Origin: Parasitella parasitica NRRL 2501
Taxonomy: Eukaryota; Fungi; Mucoromycota
NCBI GenBank assembly: GCA_025201805.1
Contig: MU619239.1
Location: forward strand, 289,556 to 353,555
DNA length: 64,000 nt
Reading direction: 5' to 3'
Part shown: one piece after another, positions 36,114 through 50,209 of the stretch
Position numbering within the stretch: position 1 is the first letter of the stretch
Layout of the letters: every line of letters begins with the position of its first letter
Translations under genes and position numbers: made by a program
The notes under the pieces: generated by a model
The model's input: the letters and a program-made list of their open reading frames with translations, nothing else
What the model was told of the DNA's origin: nothing
Database searches by the model: none

Positions 36114-37858
36114 TTACCACAAGAATTTTGATGATACAACCATTGTGCTTGTGTCTTCGTCAGCTGGCTTTTCCAGCCTAAATTCAGTATCGTTGTTTAC
36201 CTTGGTCGCGACGTAGTTTTCATCGTATCTAAATTCATTAATGAGCGAAGCAGCATGCATTAAAGCAAATTCCCATTCTTGTGAGCGTTCGTGATCATCT
36301 GGCAAAATATACATGCGGTATTCAAAGTCAGCGTACATGCTGTTTTCCGCTGACAGGCTTTCACGAGAAAACTGCAACGCTAATCCAAGTGATCCAACAT
36401 CGACTAGTCTTTCATCGTCATCTGTTGGAGGGTGAAACACATCTAACAATGCCTTGATGGATATCTTGTAAAGAGCCTTTCTTCTCTGTGAAAATATCAA
36501 ATGTTTCAAAGTGATTGATGTGTTAGAACATCCAATAATTAAATCCTATCAATAGTTGAGAAAAAATTACCTCTTTGTACTCAAAATCGTATAGCTCAAT
36601 ATGACCAGGATATAATGTGGCCCAATAACGTGCCCATCTCTATAGAATTACAGTTAGCCTGCTACTCGAGAATATTTCTCACAATACTTGCAGGAATTAA
36701 TTTTCCTCTGGTGTAAACCGTGATAAATCCCTCATAAATGAGCTTATTATCAAGCAATGTTATGACTCTTGAACTGACAAATGTTCCATAAACGATGAGC
36801 ACTTGGTACTGATTATTGCCTTCTGCATCGTGTATTGTTATCCTTTTCAACTTTTTTTCTGATGGCCTCATTGGAATCTTGAACACTTGACTGCCCACAC
36901 AATTCTCAGGCTGGCGAAAACGGGAATTAAATACACCCAGGGTTGTTTTTGGTTGAGCATAGATGGATAATGTAGTTGTCGACGGTTTTTCGACATCTCT
37001 ATCAGTAAACATACATATTAGTTATTTCTTTTTTTTTTTGTGTGTGTGTGTATGTGTGTCGACGGTATATACTTGCAATATATAGGTTTCGTCCAAATTG
37101 GCTTGCGATCCGTTTTTACCACATTTCTGGCTTACAGCAAAAGAACCTTCGAATAACTGCTCATTTAATTCGATGGAAGACCTCAACAAACAAGCTGATG
37201 CAGAAAAATTAGTTATGGTGGTATAATGTTTGATCAGAAACTCACGTTTGGATGAATTTTGATTGATCACTTGTAACACTATCAAAAGCAGTAGATTAGA
37301 TCATGCAATGATGACAGAAAAAAAGTTGAGCTTTTACCTCGAATGTAAAATGTAGCCTTAGGTTTCATCAAATTAGATGGATGGTGATAATCACCCAGCA
37401 GTGAGCTAAATTATAGATAGATCAGTGTTTGCATCAGCCAGTATATTATTATCCACTCACGAGCTTTTGCAATGCGGTTTTCTCAATACGATTGATCGAG
37501 GATAGTCCAACAGAGGGTGCCTCAATTCTTTACCACTGTTAGTCTCTTGTGTTATCCAGTCCAGTTTTTCTTTAGGCAGTTGATCTAATGTCTCAAAAGG
37601 GCCGTTGTAGTGGACATATGGCTCACTCTGTTCTCGTTGATGTTGTTTAATATGTTGGGACAGAAGAACAGCAGGACTCACCTTCTTCTTTCTCTCTTTG
37701 GAAGAAGTCGGTACGACCTTTCTGGATGAATGATTGAAACGATTGAATAGCTTGACGTGAGATTGATGAATGAAACTTCTGAATGAAATGACTGATTCTC
37801 GAAATCCTTGCTCTTGATCTTCTAATAGTGGGTTGCGTACAGTTTTAAATGTAGACAT
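36114..37858 (-). CDS. Hypothetical protein with C2/anillin-like region and C-terminal PH domain, ~7 exons
   Basis: The spliced C-terminus reads YEGFITVY...RWARYWATL...IELYDFEY...MYILPD....QEWEFAL (PH-like). Two GC-AG introns at 36999-37076 and 36640-36691. Confidence 0.72.
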
Positions 37859-38069
37859 GATGGATATTGTGCATTAAAGAAGGAGGATTTCTCGGATTTC
37901 ACAAGATCCTGCTTATAATAAATAACTTTCGGAAACTTTTTCTTCAATGATGGTAGGGTATTTTTCCACAGCAGGTATTTCCAGTGGGTACTAACGCTCT
38001 AAATCTTAATAGTAAGCTCTGGAGAGCGTTGTTTTTTTTTGCGATAAGCGGAACATTTCTCTGCATGAT

Positions 38070-39411
38070 TTATTGCTTATTTCTATATTCTTTAAACCAA
38101 ACAGGTTCCATTTCCTCCAATTTAACCAATTCCTCCCTGACTCGACTCTCGATTTCCTTGCGAATTTCACTGACAGTTTTTACTTGCAGTCTAGGACTTT
38201 TGACTGACGATTCAGTTGTGTCTGGCAGTGCGCCTAATCCAATTGTTTTTTGATTTTCATCCATTTTTTCGATGCGTGATAGCATATTTCTCTCTGCCCA
38301 TACTCTAAATAATTGCTTCAAGTAGTCTTTGTTTTGGTTTTCATAATTGGGATAAGCTTGAATTCTGTCATCTTTCCAATCCACTGTATTTGTTTGAAAT
38401 TCCCCAACAGCTTGAGTCAAATAACGCTGAACCAGCTGCCTTAATGGTGCTTGGTTACCGAAACCCATTTGCCATTCTGGTTCAGTAACATCTAATTTAA
38501 CCCATGGGCCATTGTTAATCCATTGCTCAGCTCCTGACTTTTTCGAATCCCACTGATATAAAGGAGGGTCATCGCTATGTGCTCCAATTACCACTGTCTT
38601 TGGCGGCCCTTGGCTCTCCTTTTTGTCAGTGAACTGTGCGATATAAACAGGCCAATAGATAGGATAAGCGGCATTAAATAACACTTCAGCATTGCTCATT
38701 GTATACATGCCGTGTTTGTGTGTCGAAGAATTCACTGTCAAGTTCTCTAGTGCACGTGGAGCACGTTCGGTAATGTCTTTCAAAGAGTCCACAGTGAATG
38801 GAATTACTTCCACGTCATTATCCTCACATAGATCAGATGTAAACGGCACTAATTTCTCCAAGCGAGTAGCCGCTGATTGTCCAAAACTTAAATAACAAAC
38901 AGGATCCCAGGTATGGCCCGGCCAAAAACAATCGAGTCCAATGCCCAACATCTGACGTGGCGGACCCATTGCTTTGGTCAATGCTTCAAGTGATTCTTTC
39001 TTCTGGGGATTGCCGCTTGATGGCTTCACGTCTGCCGAAACGGCTATGTCGTAGTACCAAAACGGGATATATGCTTTTCGAACTTGCATGGATGACACTG
39101 ATTCTTTGACATCTGGCATTTTTTGCGTGAATATCTACATGAGGTAGGATGTGCTGTTACGAATATTATCTTTGTAATGGCATAACATAACTTACGCTTT
39201 TGATTATCTTGAAGATACTGTAAAATGCGTGTTGATTCACATATGATGCGATATTGACGATTTGGTGTACTTTTTCTTCTGGAAGTTTGAAGGGTAAAGC
39301 GTATATCTTATTCGTATGATCGAATGCAGAGCTTGTGTTATATCTAGTAGCACGGTATAATGCCACTCGTCGAGTTACTACAATGTGATTTTTCGCACAA
39401 ATCCTCAGCAT
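38070..39411 (-). CDS. Conserved-looking hypothetical protein with predicted mitochondrial presequence, 2 exons
   Basis: Arg-rich, acid-free N-terminus (MLRICAKNHIVVTRRVALYRATRY), one GT-AG intron and a long open exon 2. No family recognised. Confidence 0.75.
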
Positions 39412-39476
39412 GAAGGTTAGAGCAAAAGTGAGAAGAGGTTATACTAAGAAAAAAAAGGGTATTTTTTCATTTTTAT

Positions 39477-42210
39477 TTATGACGTTTTGTTTGGAAGCTG
39501 TCCTAAGAAATTGCTAGGGACAAGGCCAGTACGAACAATCTTCTGGTTTTTTAGTAAACTGGCCTCCCACCACCCTTGCTCATCATCTTTATTCTTGCTG
39601 ATTATACCGAGCAAATCGCCTTCTTTGAAGCCAATTTCCCCTTCATCGGCTGCTTCATAATCGTATACTGCACATGCTACGCATAAATAGCGTTAGTAAA
39701 TGCGCTGCAATTTGGCTCGAAAACTTACCAAAATCAATGAATTGGGCTTCACTATCCTCCCTCTGTCTTGGTGTCTTTCTTCCAACGCTGTAATAATCTT
39801 GAATGAAATTGTCGTTTTGGTAGGGCTTTTGACGGCTGTTTCGAAGTGAGTCGCCAAAGGAAGAGGCAGATGAGACAGAACCATGGGGACCCATTGGAGT
39901 ATTTTGCATTATGCGCTCATGCAATGATTGCGCAGAGGGAGATGTGGTTGTTGATACGCTACTTCTTCTACTGCCATCATAAGTACTGATAGTACCGGTT
40001 TTCTTGGAAGAAAGAGAATTAAATGGATCATAAGGGTCCATATAATTATTTGAACTGGTACTACGAACAGATCCCCCAGATTGGCCAAATAAAGGTCTCG
40101 AGGATTCTACAGAGCTCATACGACGAAAGCTTGGATATGAGGGTTTTTGAAAGTATTGCGAACTGATGCTCTTTCTTTGCTTTTGTTGCTGTTGCATCAA
40201 GCTTGGAGAAGAAATAGATGCAGTCGGCTGGATGTCAGGATAGCGATTGTAACGAGGACTTTCCTCACGAGTGATACGTTTGGAATCTAATTCGCGCAAC
40301 ATATCATCGAGTTCGAGTGCTGCAGATTCAGATGTAATCTCATAATCCTCATTACTGTCATCCACTTCTGGCTGATGCCGTTGTTGTTTATCCTGGACGA
40401 TAGGGCTTTTGGTATAAATAGGAGTCGGATCACGGCTATTACGATTCATTTTGCTAGTGTCTGGATCATTATGTTCTGCAAATGACACTCGTCTTGGACG
40501 GCTGCTAAATGATTGTTGTGCTGGAAATGAGGAGGGTGGTGTTCGTCGATCGCTCTTGATATCTTGGTAAGCAGACTTGAGACGATCTATTTTTTTATCT
40601 TGTCCATCTTCAGCATGAATAGCTCTTACTCCGGTAGGCTTTTGAGTAGCTTCAGTTACTTTAGGTCGAGCGATTTCTTTAATGTTTTCGGTTGAGGTGG
40701 CCTCACTATTAACCTTAGAAAGATCTTCTTTAGCTTCGATCACTTCTACTTCTTCACCCGCAGACTCAGTCTCAGGAACATCTTCATACTCTTCTTCGCC
40801 GTCTTCTTCGTCAGAGGGGTAAACTTCCATGACACCCATCACAAGAACTGGTTCTTTAGTAACTGATTCAGTAGTTGGAGATGATTGGGTAATTTCCTTC
40901 AGACTGGTTTTTTTATCATCTGCTACAGATGTCGCAACCGCAGCTCTCAACAATAGTGATGATTTGCTAATACTGCTAGTAGCCTCTGAAGCCATGCTCG
41001 AAACAGATGATCTTCGTCTTCTATGTTGAGCCCTATCCTCGGATCCACTATTTCCCTCAGCATCCATATTGTCGCGCAGCATATTGTGTGGATGCCTTAG
41101 GTCGCCTTTATCTTGGTTTGTTTCGTGGTAGGCATGCAATTTAATATACTCCATAGGCACTGTTGCATTGCGTTGGTTAATCTGAAGGCTTTACTGCATT
41201 TACGACTTACATGGAACAACGTCGCTGGATTTATTGATTTTAACAAAGTCGCCAAGATCCTGCTCAACGTCTATTTTGGTTGCTTCTGTATCGATTCGCT
41301 CGCATGCGTGTACTTCATTTTCAAGGCAACCGATCATTAAATTAGCATAGTTTGACAAGTTTGATTTGAAAAACTCTAATCTCTCAGCCTCCAACTGTTC
41401 AAAGCTCTCGCAAGTCCTTTTCCATTTAACATTCCAGTCTTGTACAATCTTGTCTAAATTCGCCAAGGCTTCATCGTATACTTTCTTCAAGCTATCGATA
41501 TTTATTTCGGCTTTTTTGAAAGTAGCACGCTTTTCATTGTCAGTCGTTTGCTGTTGAACGAGTAGATTTGCTTTTTCGATTTCGAGATTGTGTCGCTTAT
41601 GGGCCTAATGTAGATAATGTTGATATATAGACGTATTCGCAACTACGAGATATTCATTTACCTTTCTTACAGCATGAACTTGCAATTGTCTGCTGTCGTA
41701 CAATCTCTGAATAGATGCTTGTGCCTGTGACAGGTGTGAGTTGGTGTCTGTTTCACGTAGCGTGAAGATATCTTGCTTACCTCTTTTCTCAGTAATTTTT
41801 GTTTATTTAATAAGTCGCTTAAAGGTGCAGCCACCTTTTCACGCAGCAACCTGGATAACTGCAGATGAGATTCACCCACTGACATGAACTCGCGCTGCAT
41901 CGTATCCATGGCTGATTTACTAGACCCGTTTTCAACACTGGAAGCCTTTTGCTTCTGCGCTATCTGTACTAATGTTTTACCGTACTCTTCTTCTAATAAT
42001 ATTCTAGCTTCATATGCATGTTTGTATCTTTCGCAGGTTTGTTTTGCACCTCGCATTCTTTCTATTAAAATAGTGATGCCATTCTTGTCTAAGCTTTCCT
42101 ATACTAGCATTGTCAATATGAACTGTTAAAAAAAAAAAATTCAACCTGCAATTTACCCAAAAATTATCTTTGAAATGCGAGGTCGTTGTTGCTGTCTTAT
42201 CTGAAATCAT
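39477..42210 (-). CDS. F-BAR + SH3 protein (Cdc15/Hof1/PSTPIP family), 6 exons
   Basis: FKDNFW...G...L..RM..AKQTC...RILLEEEYGK.L (F-BAR). The terminal SH3 reads AVYDYEAADEGEIGFKEGD...GWWEA...GLVPSNF. Confidence 0.9.
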
Positions 42211-43010
42211 GGTTTATCAAAGAGTAATGTGCCGTAAAAAAGAGAAAAAGGAGTTTTTTCTTTTCTTGCTGTTGAACACAAAAATAAACTCGTTTACATT
42301 TGACAATTGTTTTCATATGGTTCTAATTTAGGAAATGACAAAAGATAAACAAACCTTGATGCGGATAGTGAATTACAACGCATATGATTATGTTCTCTAT
42401 TGTGTCGTTTTTAATTTATCTAATATTCATTGTCTTTTTTATTGTTTTTCTTACAACTCGACATTCGTTGTAGTGCTGGTACGGGAAGATATGCTAAATT
42501 TATTTCTACAGTACTTATTGTAACTGCCTCTACCACTTTTCCAATGTGGTCAGGTGTAATTTTGCTCTTTTGCAAATGTCTAATGGACTTCTTTCCTGAT
42601 TGTTTAGTCATTTACGGTACAGTATAAAAAAAAAACTCGCCATTCACAGATCAAAAAGTTTTGCAATAAAAGTTAAAAAATGTGTGTCTTTATAGAAGAA
42701 AAAAGGCTTACTTCAAAGCTAATGCCAAGATTCTTTAAAACTAATTTCCTCTCACGGGAAAGATGGGTTACGGCAATAATACAGCAGGTAGTTCTCTTTA
42801 ACTTACAACGAAGACCAAAAAGCTTGAGAATCTAACATTAGGTACTGAAATAACCTTATAAAATATATGCTTAAGAAGGTGGTTCGATAAACACATATCT
42901 ATTTTTCAAACGTTTCCATAAGATTACCTCCTGGTATTTAAGACAAATAATTTTTTTCAGTAATTTCTTAGTTTTATAGCAGACTGAAAACTCATTATTG
43001 TTCATAAGAT

Positions 43011-43141
43011 ACAGCAAAATAAACACAATCCAACGAGGCATAGAGTTTACAAACGCTTTGTATAGTTTTTCAACTCCACTCTAATTTGTTGATTTTTTAC
43101 AAGTCGGGTTAAATCAAGAAGCCCATGTTTTTCAAAAACTA
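43011..43141. repeat. Second copy of the dispersed repeat at 2927-3057
   Basis: Direct similarity to 2927-3057 in the same orientation. Confidence 0.7.
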
Positions 43142-43499
43142 AACTTCAAACTATCCAAGAATTTTTCACAAAGATCGCAATCATCAAGACAAGGCTATTA
43201 CGGATTCAAGGAAACGTAATCCAATAGCAAGAACGAATAGAAGTAACTCCAACACTCGTCAAATTTGTTATTAGTTCTCTCTTTCTCAATTCTTGCTGCC
43301 AAGACGTCCTTGATGAATAATCCACTATAAGGTAGGTGCACATCCATAATCATTTATCCTTGGAAAACTGGTATAAAAAATAGTTTTCAAATGATATTTT
43401 GGTGATCTTCATCCAAAAATAAACAACAGTTTTACATATATTTTTAATAGTACTTTTACAACGGTCTTGTTTACGATACAGGTCAAATTTTAGCGGTAA

Positions 43500-43980
43500 T
43501 GTATTATACTCTGTATAATACATCATAAAGCGAGCATGAGTAGAAATGCGTAGTAGAATGGAATGACTTTATTTAGACATGGCAAAGAGACATGAGCGGT
43601 GCCATTGAATGGCAGATCTTTATCCCAGTACAAGGTGGTGATATCCTATGACATTTGGTTCCTGAGGTCGGTGTTAAATCCTGATGAATGTCCTTCCATC
43701 AAAGCTACTAGGAACAACATTCTATCCTTCATACGCGTCTATGCTCTTGTCTTACTTGTAACTCGGAAACTCTTATCCACCAAGCTCCTAGGGACTGGTT
43801 CAAGGTGTACCCAATTATCCCTCATCCTAGATCAAGGTCCTATTGCTGCGGCACTGTCAAATACCTATAAATACCTTCAAAACATACACTAGTTTAAATC
43901 TTCATTCAATCTTGGAATAACAAAATAAATATATTCAGTTCTAATTGTATTTCTCCTGTCTATATTTTGTTATTTTAAAC
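43500..43980 (+). mobile_element. Possible solo LTR
   Basis: ~480 bp non-coding segment bounded by tgt...aaca, with ctataaata and a downstream aataaa in LTR-like order. It lies in a gene-free, repeat-like interval. Confidence 0.35.
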
Positions 43981-45395
43981 AGGTCTCACAAAAAAGGAAA
44001 GTCTATTAAGCTTTACCAACTTTGTTATATTTGTTAATACTTCAAGGATGATCAGATAATGAACAATGGATTCTCACATAATAATGCAGGATAATATACA
44101 ATCAAAGACTACACAGACTGCGACCTTAATGCACTCCCATGTAACTACCTGCAATCACATCTTTGAAAAATAATACCAAACTTGTCCATGAAAAACACAT
44201 AAACAAAACACGTGACAAAATTTTTCAAACTCCGACAATGAAAAAAAAATTTTGATAGAGACATCGCTCAATGGTAACCAAATTATGCTCAGATAGCGAT
44301 GATCATGCCTGTTCTTATGGCCCATAAGACAATGTTTATTTTGCTCTTTATCGAAGCCTATCATCGATTATATGCAATTCTGATATTTAAATTTGTGATA
44401 TCATCTGATAATTTTGTAGATATCAATGAAAACATGAAAGCCAATGTTGTTGCCAGATAGCGCCAAGTCAATGCTAAGTTTTCCAAGTTAGATCATGGTT
44501 CTACGGTCATTTTAGCAAAAGTTATGAACAACAACGTGATTGTAGTATATGTGTAGAGTACCGTTATTACCACTATTCCAACTCTATTTTTATGGCAACC
44601 GTTCCAGATTGGATGTAATGTTAAATCGCATCGATGACTCTATCTAGCAGATAGAAGTATTCAGTAAAATGTCTTGTATAAGATACCATTTATTTGGGTT
44701 CTACTTATTGCAAGTTGTGAAGTTCAAGTTATCGATGAATGAGTCACATTCATAACGATCGTTAGCTGATTAAATTTAGATAGAGGTCTTGCTCTGACTA
44801 CTACTTTGTGATTATCTTGTTTGACAATCAAATGTCAAACATGACCTGATTGTATTTATAGATTCATTCAAATAGATTTATTCTAATATAAATAGAAGAC
44901 AGCCTCTTGTCAATCAATAAATCAATAGTTTTGTATCTGGTAAATTAAGTCTTTATTACTTTCTTATATTCTCTATATCACATTCAATTACCTGCTGTGC
45001 TCATTTTTAAGACCAGGCACAACAGTGATATTTATGATAAATTATGAAAAGTAACATGTTCGACTTAATAAAACAGAAAACGTCCCACCTGAGGAAATGA
45101 AGAGGTTGTCTGGAAAGAGTAAAGATGTAGAGCAGCGATTAAATAGCATATTTATTTGAAGTTGTTTTTAGAATACTGAAGTTTGTTTTAGGAATGGTTT
45201 ACAACTAGTTTTTGTAAATTTCGTTTTACACTTTGTATTCGAGTAATTGTGTTTGCAGTGGAATATCAAGTAGGTGAAGAATACAGCTTTCTATATTTGC
45301 ATTAAATTGCCGCGCACAATGCGCTACTTGTCACAGTCAGTTTTTGCTCAAAATTTTTCGTTCTAGATTACTTTTTAGCAGCAAAATTTTGTAAC

Positions 45396-46241
45396 ATGGT
45401 TAACTCTGTAAGATTCTTTTTTTCAAAAAGCAGGATCAAATTAAGACATTCATTTTTGTTCGATAGGAAGAGCAATCTGAGTTAATGAAACAGCCAGAAT
45501 GGTATACGAAAGCTCAGGATTATTGGAATGGAGTAGCACCAACGGTTGATGGCATGCTTGGCGGATTTTCAGTTGTAGATCCTATAGATGTCAAGGGCTC
45601 ATTAAATTTTATCGATGAGTTTGTACATCGCAAGGAGGACAAAAACAATGTCATGAAAGAACCAGCTATTACCAATGGCTATGCTTGCGATTGCGGAGCA
45701 GGCATTGGTCGCGTTACAAAGAACTTTTTGTTACAGATCCCTTTCGAAAAAGTTGATCTTGTTGAGCAAGAAGCATCATTCGTTGAACAAGCTAAGTCTA
45801 GCTACCTTAAAAAAGAGATTGAGGAAGGCAAGATTGGGCAAATTTTGTGTCAAGGTCTTCAAGATTTTGAGCCAAAACAAGGCAAATATGACTTGATTTG
45901 GTGTCAATGGGTGCTAGGACACTTGACAGATGGTAATATCAATACAATAACAAGGCAACCTTGTAACTGATAAAAATATTTGTACAGATCATTTTATCGC
46001 CTTTTTCAAACGTTGTATCCAAGGGTTAAAATCTAATGGCCTCATCGGCGTAAAAGAAAATAATGCATCAAAAGAAGCATTAGTTGATGATGAGGATAGT
46101 AGTATAACTAGAACAAATGATGAACTGAAGCAGTTATTTATGAAAGCCGGTTTGAAATGCATTAAAGAAGATGTGCAGCAAGGAATGCCTGCTGGGCTGT
46201 TTGCTGTCAGAATGTACATGTTAAAACCAATAGAGCAGTAA
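45396..46241 (+). CDS. NTMT1: Alpha-N-terminal protein methyltransferase (NTMT1/Tae1), 3 exons
   Basis: YW....TVDGMLGGF, DCGAGIGRVTK, YDLIWCQWVLGHLTD, VKEN and DDEDSSITR. Exon 1 is probably ATG only. Confidence 0.93.
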
Positions 46242-46258
46242 TAAAAAGTTTATTTCAA

Positions 46259-47173
46259 TTAAGACATTTGAACTGTAGTTGAGCTGTTGCTGCTATCTCT
46301 ATCTTGACTCTTGACAGAGTCTGCTGGAGTGGGTGCATGGGATCTAGTAAGAGTTAGGGTATACGTGGCTACTCTCTCTTGTTGTCCCGGATCATGGGAT
46401 ATCCAAATGCATGTTTTTGATTTCAATGTATTTTCTACGAGTTTAACTGATTCTGGATCTAATGCTGAGGTTGGTTCTGCAATGAAAGTGCATGAGTATA
46501 TCAAAATAAAAATTATTTGAATTGAAAATTATTGTATATATATATATTTACCATCTAGTAACAAAATATCAGGATTTAAAGCAAGAGCAATAGCTAAAGC
46601 ACATCTCTGCATTTCTCCACCAGAAAGATTCCTCCATTTCTCCGCAAAATGGCTATATGACAAGTTCCACTCAGAGCCAATTTCGACCTGATTTAATTTA
46701 GTATGTATATATAAGGTTGATATATTCGGTGAATGACTTACGGGATCAAGCAATTTTTTGGATTTTTGGCTTGCATATTTTTTAACCATATTAAAGAAAT
46801 CCAAAGGAGTACCAGGATGAACAGCAGGTCTTTGAGGAACATACATGACACGAGATCTCCAGACTGGAACAGTATACTCGTTTACGTCTTGGTCGAACAA
46901 TGTGCAATAACCTTTTTCATATGGAATCAATTCAGCGATACACTTCAGTAAAGTCGTTTTTCTTGCAAAAAAAAAAAAAAAAAAAAAAAAATAAGATTAT
47001 AAATAAAATTAGATTGTTGTACAAAAAAACGGTTTGAAGGATGGTTACCCAACACCACTTGGCCCTCGCATTACCAGCGTATTACCCTCCTCTAGATCAA
47101 AAGAAATATCTTTAAATAACCATCTACCGTCAGGTAGTTGCATTGAGATATCATGAGCTTGAAACATTGGCAT
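46259..47173 (-). CDS. Stand-alone ABC ATPase (single NBD, FetA/STAR1-like), 4 exons
   Basis: Walker A GPSGVGKTT, WRSRVMYVPQ, signature LSGGEMQR and Walker B LLLDEPTSALD. No transmembrane segments. Confidence 0.88.
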
Positions 47174-47781
47174 TTTTAAGATGAGAATGAAGGAAAGAGG
47201 AGGTAGTACCCAATCAAACAGGCCATGGATTTATTTATTTGTGTGAAAAGCTCCAGTGACGTCTTTTGAATTTATAGTGATGGATACGATGTTGATCATC
47301 TAGACAACATACAGAAGAAGCATTGGAAAATGTTCATGTGCAAGATAAGGGAGACCAAAATGATGGCAGGAAATGCATGACGAGAACAGTCAAAGAATAA
47401 GCAACGTTTTTGGATGCCATAGTAACCAACTCAACTCAAACCAGATCATGAAAAATTTCAGCATTGTAATCTGAATCACTTTATAAAGATGAAATAAAGT
47501 AATTAATAGGATGGTTCAGCAGCTAATTCTCGTTAATTTTGAACATGTTTGATGGTCGAAACCAACTCAAAAAAAATCTGACTTTTTCAAATTTTTTTTT
47601 ATTTTATTTGCCTACTGGTTCTTGAGAATATTATATTCTTGTAGTTCAACTTGTATCCTCCTCCTCCTCTTATTCCTTTGTCTTGATTTTTTTAATTTTT
47701 ATTATCCATAATCAAGAAGCAACTATACATATTTTAACCTTTCAGACAATCCAACCGAAAAAGAACGTTATTTATAAACTT

Positions 47782-49725
47782 ATGACAGAAGCAAAGCAAG
47801 ATTGGAAAATCGACTTTTATAAAAACGGTGTTCCAAAGGAAGTTATTGTGATTGAAGATACACCGCCACCATCCTCAACAGGGAATGTACCAAACACGTC
47901 AAGGTATCATGTCGAACAACAGAATGTGTCTTATCTAATAGGCCCTCCAGCGGCATCTACACGCTCAAAACGCTCACGAAAAGACACCGTCCAGGATAAT
48001 AATGGTTTACCACCTCCCCCACCTCCTCAACAATCTGTTAAAAGGAGACGTAAAGATTTAAATGCTCCATTACAGCCAGGTAAGTGGGCGTGGGCGTCTT
48101 TTTTTTTTTTTTTTTTTNNNNNNNNNNTTGATCGATGTTCACTTAAAGAGCACACATAGTTTTAAGAAGACCAAATCCAAATACAGCATCTAATGCAACA
48201 ACATCAGTTGTACCAATATCTACAGTAAGTACACATTCGATATCTTTTTACTCACTGTTTCTAATCGTATCATGTACTTGCAGTCTTGTGACGATAAAGA
48301 CGGCCATTACATTATCAAGCCGAACGAATCCCTCACACCGAGATGTAAAGTGACAACACGAACATGCGAAATTACTACTAACAACAAACATAGATAAAAT
48401 GATGAGGTTACTAGGTCAAGGAACGTTTGGAAAGGTTGTAGAATGCTATGATAGAGTCAAGAGGACATTTTGTGCAATTAAAATCATAAGGGCGATACCT
48501 AAATACAGAGATGCCAGCAAAATCGAGATTAGAGTGCTGAATAGCTTGAAAGAGCATGATCCCATCAATCTTAAGTGAGTATACATCTCTGTTAATGCTT
48601 GTATCAGGTGGCTAATCCAATCCAATCCAATCCAATCCAAAAAAAAAAAAAAAAAAAAACTCAAAACAAAAAAGCAAATGCATACATCTGATTGAATGGT
48701 TTGATTACCATAATCACATTTGCATGGTATTCGAACTACTGGGTCCTTCTGTATTCGATTTTTTAAAATCAAACGAATTTCGGCCATTTCCGATTCACCA
48801 TATACAACAGTTTGCGAAACAGATACTGACAAGTGTTGCCTGTAAGTCCAGTTTGAAAATATACGCCGGGACACACCATGATTAACTCAAACTGCTTAGT
48901 TGTCCATGAATTAAAATTGATCCATACAGATTTGAAGCCTGAGAACATTCTACTAGTTGACAATTCTAGCATTGAAGCTGGAAACGTAGGTAAGCCTCAT
49001 TTCTCAGCGTTGTGAAAACTTAACATTGTCCTTAGATCTATGGTGTGGATCCAAAATCTAGGGTCCTGACTAATACGGACATACGATTGATCGATTTCGG
49101 TTCAGCGACATTTGAACAGGATTACCACTCAAGCGTGGTATCAACAAGACATTATAGAGCTCCAGAGATTATTTTGGGTATGGGCTGGTCCTATCCTTGT
49201 GATATCTGGTCCATTGGCTGTATTCTGGTAGAATTCCTAACCGGCGATGCTTTGTTCCAAACCCACGATAATCTTGAACATTTAGCGATGATGGTAGTCG
49301 TTTTAGGCAAGATACCTGCAAAATTAATCAAAACGGCAAAGTAAGTGAGATGAACTAATACAAACAAATCTTCTTTTTTTTAACCCAATACGAATATATG
49401 TGTAGCCATGATGCCCAGAAATTCTTCAAAGATGGCAAACTGAAATACCCAGATGTTGATACCACAAAACAAAGTAAAAAGTATGTCCGTGCATTGAAGT
49501 TGTTGAAGGTAAACGAAAATTCGATGCTCTTTTGTGTTTGTTGCTAATACATCTTAGCTTATCATCAACCCACATACTAATGCACGTTTTCAATTTCTGG
49601 ATCTTTTGTCGAAAATGCTGGTATACGACCCTGCAGCCAGAATCACTGCTAGAGAAGCATTAAGACACCCTTTTTTCTTGATCCCTTTTGATGACCTTGG
49701 TCAAGAAATCGATGAAGGCCGATAA
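47782..49725 (+). CDS. LAMMER/CLK dual-specificity kinase, 9 exons
   Basis: [45 protein letters not shown] and EHLAMM. Confidence 0.95.
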
Positions 49726-50209
49726 AAATTGTACACAGCTTGTAATTTCTCTTCTTCTATGTCACAGTTACATATATAACTATATTTCATGGACTACATC
49801 CCTATATACTATACTTGAGCGTTCTTTGTAAATCTAACCTTTGCTTGGCCATGGAGCAGCTCTATCCATTCCTTTTTGCTTGCACTATAAAATTCTGCTG
49901 CCATATTATACCTTCAAATGGCCAAATAGTGTTTGACCAAGTAAAACATATTGTGAGTGGTTTGTAGCATCATAGTTAAAGAGGAAAGCCTTCGGATCAA
50001 ATCAAAAGAACGTTCGTATTCGTGTAACCACAGGGAAGAAGGTTTTCATTTGTGGTGCTTCTAAATCATGCAAGCCTATATGAACACAGTAGATGCTTTG
50101 AAATTCGAAACTTTATTTGACTTTGGATGGATATATGTGATTAAGATCAACATGTGAAGTGGTATATCTGTAAGTGTGCGTGTGTACAATAACCTATCGG
50201 GCCATGTAT

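Noticed and set aside
42420-42611. 63-aa basic ORF upstream of the F-BAR gene
   Set aside because: No motif or convincing exon continuation; cannot be supported.
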